A stretch of DNA of 64,000 nt from Nitrosopumilus sp. (GTDB taxonomy: Archaea; Thermoproteota; Nitrososphaeria; Nitrososphaerales; Nitrosopumilaceae): positions 1,312,001 to 1,376,000 of the forward strand of contig OY759726.1 in the NCBI GenBank assembly GCA_963662625.1, read 5' to 3'. The stretch's first letter is position 1. Each line of letters starts with the position of its first letter. Below are positions 21,628 to 30,100 of the stretch, in pieces. The notes below the pieces were generated by a model. That model searched no databases. It was given only the letters and a program-made list of their open reading frames with translations, and was not told the DNA's origin. Made by a program: the position numbers and the translations under genes.

Positions 21628-22281
21628 CTACAGGCTCAGCGCCAGCAGTATGAAAGAGTCCGACACCCTCTGGCACTTGTCTGCCATCTCCTCGATCCCC
21701 TCTATCACGTCCTTCATCAGCATCAGCTCCTTCGTGTTGCTGACCTCGCTGAGAAGCTTGAGCGTCGCCTGCCTGTACTTTATGTCGATCTCCCTCTCTA
21801 TCTTCTGCGTCTCCTGCGCAAGCTCGATCGCGTTTGCCGTGTTCGTGTTCAGGCTCCTGATTATCTCGTTCAGCTTGTAGACCTCGTCGACGACCAGCTC
21901 GATCAGCTTCGTAAAGTCCTTGTCCAGCTTCGCGTTCTTCAGGGTGGTGGGCTTGACGTTGGAGAGCTTGAACGATATCCCGGTTATGTAGCCCGCTATC
22001 TCGTCCATCGTGTACGCGGTGTTCAGCAGGTTCTCCCTGTTCATGATGAGGCCCCCGACGTCTGCCACCTCCCTGGTGATCTTCCGCCTGAGGTTCTCCA
22101 CCTCCTCCTCGATCGACGAGATCTGCTCCAGCGCGTTCTTGACGCCAGCCTTGTCCCTCCTCATCATGAGGTCGGGCAGCGTAGCCAGCTCCCGTGACGC
22201 GTTGAGGATCCTGTTTATCTCGTCCTGCAGTACGGCTATGGCCTTTCGCTTCGCCTGGACCTCTAGCTCGCCGCTATACAT
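21628..22281 (-). CDS. DUF47/PhoU-like phosphate-transport regulator family protein
   Basis: All-helical, IEEEVENLRRKI, EREIDIKYR, IEEMADKC. Confidence 0.75.
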   Translation of the reverse strand: MYSGELEVQAKRKAIAVLQDEINRILNASRELATLPDLMMRRDKAGVKNALEQISSIEEEVENLRRKITREVADVGGLIMNRENLLNTAYTMDEIAGYITGISFKLSNVKPTTLKNAKLDKDFTKLIELVVDEVYKLNEIIRSLNTNTANAIELAQETQKIEREIDIKYRQATLKLLSEVSNTKELMLMKDVIEGIEEMADKCQRVSDSFILLALSL

Positions 22282-22337
22282 AACAGGATCCTAGAAATTC
22301 CGGGGCAATTTAAATCCTAAACGTTTTGCGCCCCGGG

Positions 22338-24095
22338 CTAGGCATTCCCGTACGCCACCTTCTTCTGGCCCCGGTAGAGGGCGATCACCTCCTCGCTGGT
22401 AGACGCGTCCTCGGCAGCCTTCTCGTCCCTGACCCTCCCTGTGAACTTTGGAAACCTCAGCGCCAGCCCGGCCCCCTCCCTGATCGAGCCCCACGCGGCC
22501 CTGTGGACCGGGCTCAGCGTGATCTCCGAGGCGATCACCTCTATGACCAGCTCCGGGTCGAACCAGACGTCTGCCTCCATCCCGCTGTCTATCCTGGGGT
22601 TCCTCTTTATGGTCACCCTGCCAGAGAGCATCTGGTACAGCCTGTCCAGGTCCTCGTCGGTAAAGCCGGTCCCAACCTTGCATATGCTGGTAAACGCGTC
22701 CGACTCGTCGTACGTGGCAAGGAGCAGCGTCCCGTACCTTCCAGTCCTCCGCCCCCTCCCGAAGAACGCCCCGATCACGACCAGGTCCAGGCTGTCTCCC
22801 AGCTCGTTCCTGTACTCGCGTTTCAGCTTGAGCCAGTGGCTCCCCCTCGACCCGGCCTGGTACGGCTTGTCGAGCATCTTCAGCATGAGCCCCTCGCACC
22901 CGGAGTTGATGCTGTTCTCCAGGGCCTCCTCGACGCCGCTGCCGTCCGAGACGAGGGACATGGGGACGCACCTCACGAACTCGTCCTCCGCCACCACCGT
23001 TTCGAGCACCTTCCTCCTCTCAAGGTACCCCATGTCCAGGCAGCTCCTGCCGTCGCAGAACAGCACGTCGAAGCAGTTCACCGTGATCGGGTACTGCCTC
23101 ACGGCGTCTTCGATCTTGTACTTCCTCCTCCTGTGCATCAGTTCCTGGAAGGGGAGGAAATCACCCGTGTCCTCGTTGACCGCCACCGCCTCCGCCTCCA
23201 GGATCGCCCCGCCGGCCTTGATCGCCCTTGGCGCCCTCTCGACTATGTCCGGGTAGTACCCGGTGATGTCCTCCAGGCTCCTCGAGAACAGCACGACCCT
23301 GCCGCCGTCAACGTGCACCTGGACCCTCTCCCCGTCAAGCTTGTACTCGGCCGCAAACTCCTCCCCCATCTTTGCGACCGCCTCCTCCTCGCTCCTCGTC
23401 CTCTCCGCCAGCATCGGCCTCACCGGGCTGAACAGGCTGATCTGGAACCGCGCGACCCCGTCAAGCCCGTCGGAGGCGACGGTCTCGGCAACCCTTCCCA
23501 GGTCGCTTGAGACGTTGTACGCGTGCTCCAGGACGTTCCTGTTCCCCTTGTCCCCCGAAAACGCTATGGCCAGCGCGTCCATCACGGTGTTCTCCGCGAT
23601 CCCGAGGCGCAGCGTCCCGAGCAGGATCTTCAGGATGAACCTGGCCTCCAGCGGCGTGGCGTCGTTCAGGAGGCTCGAGATGTACTTCACCTTCATGTCC
23701 TGCGAGCGTGAGCCTTCCAGGCTTGCTATCTTGAACAGCGTCTCGTAGACGCGTTCCACCGTGATGTCTTCGGCCACGAACGTGGTCTGCGTCTTCTGCT
23801 CCAGCATGACAGACGCCGCGCGCCCCAGGTCTCCCAGCTTCCTGTACTCGTCCTCCACCTTCTTGGACGGGATGCCCGACGACTTTGAGATCGCCCTGAT
23901 GGCGAGCTTTTCTGCCACCCCCAACTCCACCCCCTCGAAGTCGGGCCTCAGCTTCCCCTGCAGGAGGTACACGATCTTGGCTATGGCGCCGCGCGTCGTG
24001 TTTTCAAACAGCTCCACCAGGTGTTGGGTGAGCTCGAGCCTCTTCCTCGTGGACTCCATCTTGTTGAATGCGTCCGCTAGTATGGAAAACTCCAC
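22338..24095 (-). CDS. lig: ATP-dependent DNA ligase
   Basis: EYKLDGERVQVH (adenylated Lys), FSRSLE, EGLMLK, WLKLK, ALRFPKF. Confidence 0.96.
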   Translation of the reverse strand: MEFSILADAFNKMESTRKRLELTQHLVELFENTTRGAIAKIVYLLQGKLRPDFEGVELGVAEKLAIRAISKSSGIPSKKVEDEYRKLGDLGRAASVMLEQKTQTTFVAEDITVERVYETLFKIASLEGSRSQDMKVKYISSLLNDATPLEARFILKILLGTLRLGIAENTVMDALAIAFSGDKGNRNVLEHAYNVSSDLGRVAETVASDGLDGVARFQISLFSPVRPMLAERTRSEEEAVAKMGEEFAAEYKLDGERVQVHVDGGRVVLFSRSLEDITGYYPDIVERAPRAIKAGGAILEAEAVAVNEDTGDFLPFQELMHRRRKYKIEDAVRQYPITVNCFDVLFCDGRSCLDMGYLERRKVLETVVAEDEFVRCVPMSLVSDGSGVEEALENSINSGCEGLMLKMLDKPYQAGSRGSHWLKLKREYRNELGDSLDLVVIGAFFGRGRRTGRYGTLLLATYDESDAFTSICKVGTGFTDEDLDRLYQMLSGRVTIKRNPRIDSGMEADVWFDPELVIEVIASEITLSPVHRAAWGSIREGAGLALRFPKFTGRVRDEKAAEDASTSEEVIALYRGQKKVAYGNA

Positions 24096-24131
24096 TTTAA
24101 TACCGGCGCGCCTCTCGCATAAAAGTTTGAG

Positions 24132-24539
24132 TCATATGTACCTGAAGATGGTCGGCCTGTCCGACTCCGGCATGTCGGACACCAGCGCGAAGTTGTACAG
24201 CGGGTACGCCTTCTTGTACTGCTTCATAAAGCTCCATGCCACGTCGTGCGTCTTGAACTCCGTCCTGATCCCGTCGATCGTGCCCCGCTTCCCAAAGACG
24301 TCAAACACGACCACGCTGTACTTCTTCGGGCGGTTGTGCGGCTTTGCCTTCAGCAGCCACGCGAGCGCGAACACGAACACCGCCCCCAGGATCACCGACT
24401 CCCCGGCCACCTTGAAGAACGCCATGAACACGCCGGGTATGGTCTGGCCAAACAGCACGGCCACGAAGTTGGAGAACGAGATCACCGCAAGCGCCGTGAA
24501 GATGTACGTCTTCCAGTCGAACACCTTGCGGAAAGCCAT
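24132..24539 (-). CDS. Membrane protein (2 TM plus small soluble domain)
   Basis: Two hydrophobic segments; coding-like composition. Confidence 0.75.
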   Translation of the reverse strand: MAFRKVFDWKTYIFTALAVISFSNFVAVLFGQTIPGVFMAFFKVAGESVILGAVFVFALAWLLKAKPHNRPKKYSVVVFDVFGKRGTIDGIRTEFKTHDVAWSFMKQYKKAYPLYNFALVSDMPESDRPTIFRYI

Positions 24540-24625
24540 CTGTCTATTGGTGGTTGTTTTTTCATTTAACTATTTCCACTGGGGCCCGGGGGCCGAATAT
24601 CGGCCCGATCGTGGCGAAACGGGGC

Positions 24626-25762
24626 CTAGTCGGGATCCTCGTACCCTTCCTTCCGCCGGCCGCCGGCCGTGGCCCCATCCATCTTCTTCATCTTGCCCTC
24701 CAGGATCTCCATCCTGGCCCTGTAACCCTCGGCGTACTCCAGCTCCGACGGCACCAGCGTTGCCGGGTGGACGAACCCCTGGCTCCTCATCGCGAGCGCC
24801 CTCTCGGTGGCCACCCCCCTGACATGGTCCCAGTCGGGAGTCGAGAACCCGTCGTACGGGCCAGTGAGCTTCCCCCCGTGCATGCTGAACACGAGCGCCT
24901 CGACTATCGGTATGCAGAAGTTGATGGTGGCCGCCGAGTTCAGCCTCACCGGCATCAGCGGCATGTTGTGGCTGCCCCTGGTGTTCCCCGCCACGTAGTG
25001 CGGGTTGTTGAACACGCTCCCGACCTCCTCGGTCGCCGGGAATTGCTTCTGCGTCCTCACCACGCAGATCGGGTCGTCCTTTCCCACGTACGTCCCAGCT
25101 ATGTTGTGGAGCCTGTCGGTGGACGCCGCGAGGATGGGCTCGCCGTCCTTCGTGGTAACCGTGTCCACCACGTACCTTCCGGGGTACATCAGCGCCGCCT
25201 CGATGGTCGGCTTGTCCTCCCACAGCTCAAGCTCGGCGATCCTGCCTTCCTCCACGTCCATGACGTTGATCCTGACGCCGCCGGCGAGCGACTTGTTGAC
25301 GATCAGCCCCGTGTTGCTCAGCGCGTCTACGAACATCCTGTATATGGGGTAGTTGAACGCCCCGGGCTCCGTCTTGTCCGCCGCGAACACGGTGAACGCC
25401 TCGTTTGGCCTCTCATCGAACTCCATCTCGGCGACTCCCGGGCCCATCCCCTTTACGTTCCCGGAGAATGAGTCCTTCAGCAGGTCCTGCCCGGCGCCGT
25501 ACAGGCCCTCGTTCTTCGCCACCCGGGTCCCGGCCATGAACGCGTCCCACGCTAGCTTGTGGACGTCGCCGTCGTCCGTGCCGCGCGTGTGGGTCATGAT
25601 TATGTGGACGTCGTCGCCGCAATAGCCGATGTAGTGGTCCAGCAGCAGGCCGCCGGCCCCGCCGACCGTGTCGGACACGGCGGCAAGCAGCGCGTCGCTC
25701 GGCCTGGTGTGCCCGCCCACGCCGCCCACGTCCGCCTTGATCACCGAGACAGTCACCTTCAT
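24626..25762 (-). CDS. fbp: Bifunctional fructose-1,6-bisphosphate aldolase/phosphatase
   Basis: SVIKADVGG..GH, GDD, GLYGAGQDLL, ADKTEPGAFN, YVGKDDP; ATG at 25762. Confidence 0.95.
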   Translation of the reverse strand: MKVTVSVIKADVGGVGGHTRPSDALLAAVSDTVGGAGGLLLDHYIGYCGDDVHIIMTHTRGTDDGDVHKLAWDAFMAGTRVAKNEGLYGAGQDLLKDSFSGNVKGMGPGVAEMEFDERPNEAFTVFAADKTEPGAFNYPIYRMFVDALSNTGLIVNKSLAGGVRINVMDVEEGRIAELELWEDKPTIEAALMYPGRYVVDTVTTKDGEPILAASTDRLHNIAGTYVGKDDPICVVRTQKQFPATEEVGSVFNNPHYVAGNTRGSHNMPLMPVRLNSAATINFCIPIVEALVFSMHGGKLTGPYDGFSTPDWDHVRGVATERALAMRSQGFVHPATLVPSELEYAEGYRARMEILEGKMKKMDGATAGGRRKEGYEDPD

Positions 25763-25995
25763 GGTTCTACTGTTGTTCCACTTTGATTTATGTGTAATTT
25801 CCCCGGCCCGCCGGTACCGGGATCCGGGCCGGCGCCGCGGCGCCTGCCGCGCCGTTCCGGCGCGCTGCCGCCGGGCGCCCGGCCCGGGACGCCGCGGGAC
25901 GCGCCGCGGTGCCGGCCACCCGCGTCCGGGTGGGGGGCCGCAACCTGCCGCCGACATTCATAACAGTAATAAATCCCCTCAGATACGCATCTGAT

Positions 25996-27294
25996 ATGGC
26001 AGACAAACCCCACCTGAACCTGATCATCACGGGTCACATCGATAATGGAAAGTCGACGACGATGGGCCATTTCCTGATGGATCTTGGCGTCGTGGACGAG
26101 AGGACGATCGCGGCGCACGCGGCCGAGTCCGAGAAGACCGGAAAGGGAGACACCTTCAAGTACGCGTGGGTGATGGACAACATCAAGGACGAGAGGGAGA
26201 GGGGGATCACCATCGACTTGGCGTTCCAAAAGTTCGAGACGTCAAAGTACTTCTTTACACTGATCGACGCCCCGGGCCACAGGGACTTTATCAAGAACAT
26301 GATCACCGGCGCGTCCGAGGCAGACGCCGCAGTGCTCGTGCTGTCTGCCAAGGAGGGCGAGACCGACACGGCGGTGGCGGCGGGCGGCCAGGCAAGGGAG
26401 CACGCGTTCCTGCTGAAGACCCTGGGCGTGAACCAGATCATCGTCGCCATAAACAAGATGGACGACAGCAACTACTCCGAGGACGCGTTCAAGGCGGCCA
26501 AGGAGAAGGGCGAGAAACTGGTCCAGTCGGTAGGCTACAAGTTGGACGCCGTCCCGTTCATCCCGGTATCGGGGTGGAAGGGCGACAATTTGGTTAAGAA
26601 ATCTGAGAACATGCCGTGGTACGCAGGCAAGACGCTGCTGGAGGCGTTTGACGACTTTACTGTGGCAGAAAAGCCGGTAGGAAAGCCGTTGCGCGTCCCG
26701 ATCCAGGACGTCTACACGATTACGGGCGTGGGAACCGTCCCGGTGGGCAGGGTCGAGACGGGCACGATGAAGGCCGGCGACAAGATAATAGTCATGCCGT
26801 CGGGCAGCACCGGCGAGATAAAGTCCATCGAGACGCACCACCAGGAGATGCCGTCGGCCGAGGCCGGCGACAACATCGGCTTCAACCTGAGGGGCATCGA
26901 AAAGAAGGACATCAAGAGGGGCGACGTGCTGGGCACGCCGGACGCCCCGCCAAAGGTGGCAAGGGAGTTCAAGGCGCAGATAATCGTGATACACCACCCG
27001 ACCGCGATCGCTCCCGGGTACACCCCGGTGATGCACTCGCACACGGCGCAGGTCGCCGCGACCATAACGGAGTTCCTCCAGAAGATCAACCCCGCCTCGG
27101 GGGCGGTCGAGGAGGAGAACCCCAAGTTCCTGAAGGTCGGCGACTCTGCAATAGTCAAGATCAGGCCGGTCAGGCCGACCCCGATCGAGACGTTCCAGGA
27201 GTTCCCGGAGATGGGCAGGTTCGCCCTCAGGGACATGGGGGCGACGATCGCCGCGGGAATCGTAAAGGAAGTCACCGACGAGTACAAGCCATAG
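25996..27294 (+). CDS. tuf: Translation elongation factor EF-1alpha
   Basis: GHIDNGKST, ERERGITID, DAPGHRDF, NKMD, MGRFALRDMG. Confidence 0.98.
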   Translation: MADKPHLNLIITGHIDNGKSTTMGHFLMDLGVVDERTIAAHAAESEKTGKGDTFKYAWVMDNIKDERERGITIDLAFQKFETSKYFFTLIDAPGHRDFIKNMITGASEADAAVLVLSAKEGETDTAVAAGGQAREHAFLLKTLGVNQIIVAINKMDDSNYSEDAFKAAKEKGEKLVQSVGYKLDAVPFIPVSGWKGDNLVKKSENMPWYAGKTLLEAFDDFTVAEKPVGKPLRVPIQDVYTITGVGTVPVGRVETGTMKAGDKIIVMPSGSTGEIKSIETHHQEMPSAEAGDNIGFNLRGIEKKDIKRGDVLGTPDAPPKVAREFKAQIIVIHHPTAIAPGYTPVMHSHTAQVAATITEFLQKINPASGAVEEENPKFLKVGDSAIVKIRPVRPTPIETFQEFPEMGRFALRDMGATIAAGIVKEVTDEYKP

Positions 27295-27304
27295 GCGCAG
27301 GCTC

Positions 27305-27613
27305 ATGACTCAAACCGCCCGCGTCAAACTCACCTCAACCAGCCTGCTGAAACTCGACGGGGTATGCGACGAGATAATGGGCATCGGCAAGAAGACGGGC
27401 GTCAGGGTGAAGGGGCCGACCCCCCTGCCGGTCAAGAAGCTGCACGTGGCGACCAGGAAGTCGCCGTGCGGGAGCGGCACCGAGACGTACGAGAAATGGG
27501 AGATGAAGATGCACCGGCGGATCATAAACATAAACGCAGACGACAAGGCGATCAGGCAGCTGATGAGGCTCAAGATCCCGGACGACGTCTACATCGAGCT
27601 GTCCCTGACCTAG
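27305..27613 (+). CDS. rpsJ: 30S ribosomal protein S10 (uS10)
   Basis: GPTPLP, RKSPCGSGTETYEKWEMKMHRRII; directly follows tuf. Confidence 0.97.
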   Translation: MTQTARVKLTSTSLLKLDGVCDEIMGIGKKTGVRVKGPTPLPVKKLHVATRKSPCGSGTETYEKWEMKMHRRIININADDKAIRQLMRLKIPDDVYIELSLT

Positions 27614-27848
27614 CGGCGGCCGCGCGGATCCCGGCGATCGGGCCCCGGAGGGGGAGGCGGCGTGCCGGGGGAGTTGCCCGGCGGAAAGTGCAGGTGCCGC
27701 GCCGCCAGCCTTCCGCCATGCCGCCCCGGATCCTCCCGCCCGCAACCCCGGCCCGCGCCGGAGTCCGGATCGCCATGCCCGGCCGGGGCGCGTGCGCGGC
27801 TGCGCCCTGGCCGGCATAGCTTTTATTATGGAACGCCTGGTGGTGGTC

Positions 27849-28088
27849 ATGGTAGACGAGGACTTTGTGGAAGGCGCGGGCCAGGAGGCTGCCGCGGAAG
27901 CGTTTGTGGAAGGCGCGGGCCAGGAGGCCCCCGCGGAAGCGTTTGACGTGACGTACTCGTGCCTGCGCTGCGGGACAACCGTGTCCAACACGGAGCTCTC
28001 CAGGCTGCCCGAGATCAAGTGCATCTGCGGGTTCAGGGTCTTCGTCAAGGTGCGGCCGCCCGTGGTCAAGACGGTAAGGGCAGTGTAG
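27849..28088 (+). CDS. rpoP: RNA polymerase subunit P (Rpo12)
   Basis: YSCLRCG..IKCICGFRVFVKVRPP zinc ribbon; start could be 27828. Confidence 0.85.
   Translation: MVDEDFVEGAGQEAAAEAFVEGAGQEAPAEAFDVTYSCLRCGTTVSNTELSRLPEIKCICGFRVFVKVRPPVVKTVRAV
27864..27941 (+). repeat. 39-bp tandem duplication in the Rpo12 N-terminus
   Basis: TTTGTGGAAGGCGCGGGCCAGGAGGC(TG/CC)CCGCGGAAGCG twice. Confidence 0.9.
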
Positions 28089-28154
28089 CCCGCCGCTACG
28101 GGCCGTCCCGGGAGCGCGGCCCGGCAAGCACCGCGCACGCCATGCCGCCCCGAA

Positions 28155-28352
28155 CTACCCGCCCTTCCTGTAACTGTGGTCCCTCTGCAGGTGCGTCCTC
28201 ATGTCCTCCATGCTGGAAAAGTACTCCCCGCATTCCCTGCAGTCGTACTGCAGGTCCTTGCCGTGGACCAGCTGCTCGTGGTTCATCAGGTCCTCGGGGC
28301 GCGAGAAACTGGCCCCGCACGCGTCACACCCGTGCTTCTTGAAGAAACCCAA
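28155..28352 (-). CDS. Double C2H2 zinc-finger protein
   Basis: CDACGASF..LMNHEQLVH and CRECGEYF..MRTHLQRDH. Confidence 0.85.
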   Translation of the reverse strand: MGFFKKHGCDACGASFSRPEDLMNHEQLVHGKDLQYDCRECGEYFSSMEDMRTHLQRDHSYRKGG

Positions 28353-28763
28353 CTACCCCATCTCCGCCTTCTTCTCGTCCCAGCACTTCCTGCACAGCTG
28401 GCCCTCGATCTTCCACTTGCCCTTGGGATTGTACCTGATGAGCCCCATCTTCGCCCCGCATACGGCGCAGAAGTTCCTCGCCTCGTCGTGGTCCTTCTCC
28501 TTCTTGTCGAAGCAGTCCTTGCAGAGCAGCCCCTCCATGTCCCACTGCCATCTGGGCTCCCACAGGTCGGTTATCTTCCTCGTGGTGCCGCACGCGACGC
28601 ACGGCTGCCTCGCCTTCCCCTCGTAGAACTCCTTTTGCTTCTCAAAGTGGCAGTCCCCGCAGAGCGCCCCCTTGACGTTCCACTCCTTCTTCGGCTTGTG
28701 CCGGTGCTTTAGGTCCTTGCCGCACACCGCGCAGCTGGAGGGTTTTTTACCGAACAGCCCCAT
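28353..28763 (-). CDS. Triple zinc-ribbon repeat protein
   Basis: Three CxxC...W..EG.LCxxC units. Confidence 0.8.
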   Translation of the reverse strand: MGLFGKKPSSCAVCGKDLKHRHKPKKEWNVKGALCGDCHFEKQKEFYEGKARQPCVACGTTRKITDLWEPRWQWDMEGLLCKDCFDKKEKDHDEARNFCAVCGAKMGLIRYNPKGKWKIEGQLCRKCWDEKKAEMG

Positions 28764-28765
28764 GC

Positions 28766-29221
28766 CTATATCTTTCTGGAGACGCGCGTCTCAAAGTCCG
28801 ACTCGAACCAGTCCGTCTCGTACCCTGGCTTGCCAGGGGGCAGCGTGTTGATCGCAATGTGGGAGAACTCGGCGTCCCTCGATACGGAGCCGTGGGTGTG
28901 CAGCGAGCCCGGCGGGATGTGCACTACGTCCCCCCTGTTCAGCCTGACGGTCCCGGTCTTTTTGATCCCGAACTCCGACTCTTTCGTGCCATACCTCCGG
29001 TACGTGTCCAGGCTCCCGCGCCCGTTGACGGCGATCAGCAACTGGGGGCCGTTGTGCGAGTGGATCTTGGTCCTGGCGCCGTTCCGGAAGTGGACGTGGT
29101 AGATGTCCTGGCCCTTTGATCCTATCCTGCCAGACAGCGCCTTCATCCATACCTTTCCAGTGAACCAGTCGGGGTTGACGCTCCGCTTGTCGGAGGTGCC
29201 AAAAATGTTCGATTTCTTCAT
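28766..29221 (-). CDS. Cupin-domain protein
   Basis: WFTGKVW, GARTKIHSH..Q, GDVVHIPPGSLHTHG. Confidence 0.88.
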   Translation of the reverse strand: MKKSNIFGTSDKRSVNPDWFTGKVWMKALSGRIGSKGQDIYHVHFRNGARTKIHSHNGPQLLIAVNGRGSLDTYRRYGTKESEFGIKKTGTVRLNRGDVVHIPPGSLHTHGSVSRDAEFSHIAINTLPPGKPGYETDWFESDFETRVSRKI

Positions 29222-29574
29222 ATCCTTCCCAGTATCTCTTTCTTCTTCTGCAGGAACTCCTTTTCGGTGATCGTGCCCGCCCTTCGCAGCCTGTCTAGCT
29301 GCTCTAGCGCCAGCAGGTCGCCGGATGCGCCCGCCGCCGCGCCCCTTGGGGGGACTGCCCCGCTCCGCGCGCCCTTGGCCTCCGGGCCGCCCGACTGCTC
29401 CCCGGCCCGCCTGTGCAGCTCCTCGCGGGTCTTTTTTGCCTTCCCTGCGGCCAGCGTCCCCAGCGCGACTGCGTCGTCCAGCACCTGGTCCGCGCCCTTG
29501 ATCCCGCCGTCGATCACCCTGTTTGCCTTGTCCAGCAGGCCCTTGATGTGGCCGGGATCCTTCTTTTGAGCCAT
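29218..29574 (-). CDS. SHOCT-domain protein
   Basis: C-terminal LEQLDRLRRAGTITEKEFLQKKKEIL. Confidence 0.8.
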   Translation of the reverse strand: MAQKKDPGHIKGLLDKANRVIDGGIKGADQVLDDAVALGTLAAGKAKKTREELHRRAGEQSGGPEAKGARSGAVPPRGAAAGASGDLLALEQLDRLRRAGTITEKEFLQKKKEILGRI

Positions 29575-29638
29575 GGCTAACAAAGGCACTCTTAACGTAT
29601 TATATTTTTCTTGGAGCCGGCGCGGCCGCCGCGCCGGG

Positions 29639-30091
29639 TCACCCGGGCGGCTCCTTTTTGATCCTGTACAGGTTCCTCCGCGAGACCACCACAGCGTCCC
29701 CGTCCCGCGTCGTCCCCTCGTAGTCCACGGCTATCCTCCCAAAGTCGTCGTCCACGTCCTCCTTTGCCGACACCGTAAACTGCAGCTTCAGCACCTCGTC
29801 GGCGCGCAGCGGCCTCAGGAACCGCGTGCTCCTGTTGCCCCACCCGGGGTCGCCATCCGTGCCTATGAAGATCATGTGGTTCCCGTAGATCTGGCTCAGC
29901 CTGGTGAACTCCCCCTCCATCCTGGCCAGGATGGCCCTGCCCGGGACCGCCTTCTGCCCGCCGTCGCCCATGCGCTCCAAAAACGGGTTGCGCACCCTGG
30001 AGAACCCGAGGTACCCGTCCAGCTCCCTGTCGGAGATGCTGCACGTCGAGTAAAACCTGTCCCCCACCCTGATCTCGGAGTATTTTTTCAT
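29639..30091 (-). CDS. MaoC-like hotdog-fold protein
   Basis: IRVGDRF, AVPGRAI, RFLRPLRADEVL. Confidence 0.7.
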   Translation of the reverse strand: MKKYSEIRVGDRFYSTCSISDRELDGYLGFSRVRNPFLERMGDGGQKAVPGRAILARMEGEFTRLSQIYGNHMIFIGTDGDPGWGNRSTRFLRPLRADEVLKLQFTVSAKEDVDDDFGRIAVDYEGTTRDGDAVVVSRRNLYRIKKEPPG

Positions 30092-30100
30092 GGTTGCCGG

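Noticed and set aside
25790-25960. GC-rich hairpin-prone intergenic DNA as an ncRNA (also 27614-27815, 31900-32010, 63360-63510)
   Set aside because: No tRNA, SRP, RNase P or riboswitch motifs were recognised, and pairing is expected by chance at such high GC.
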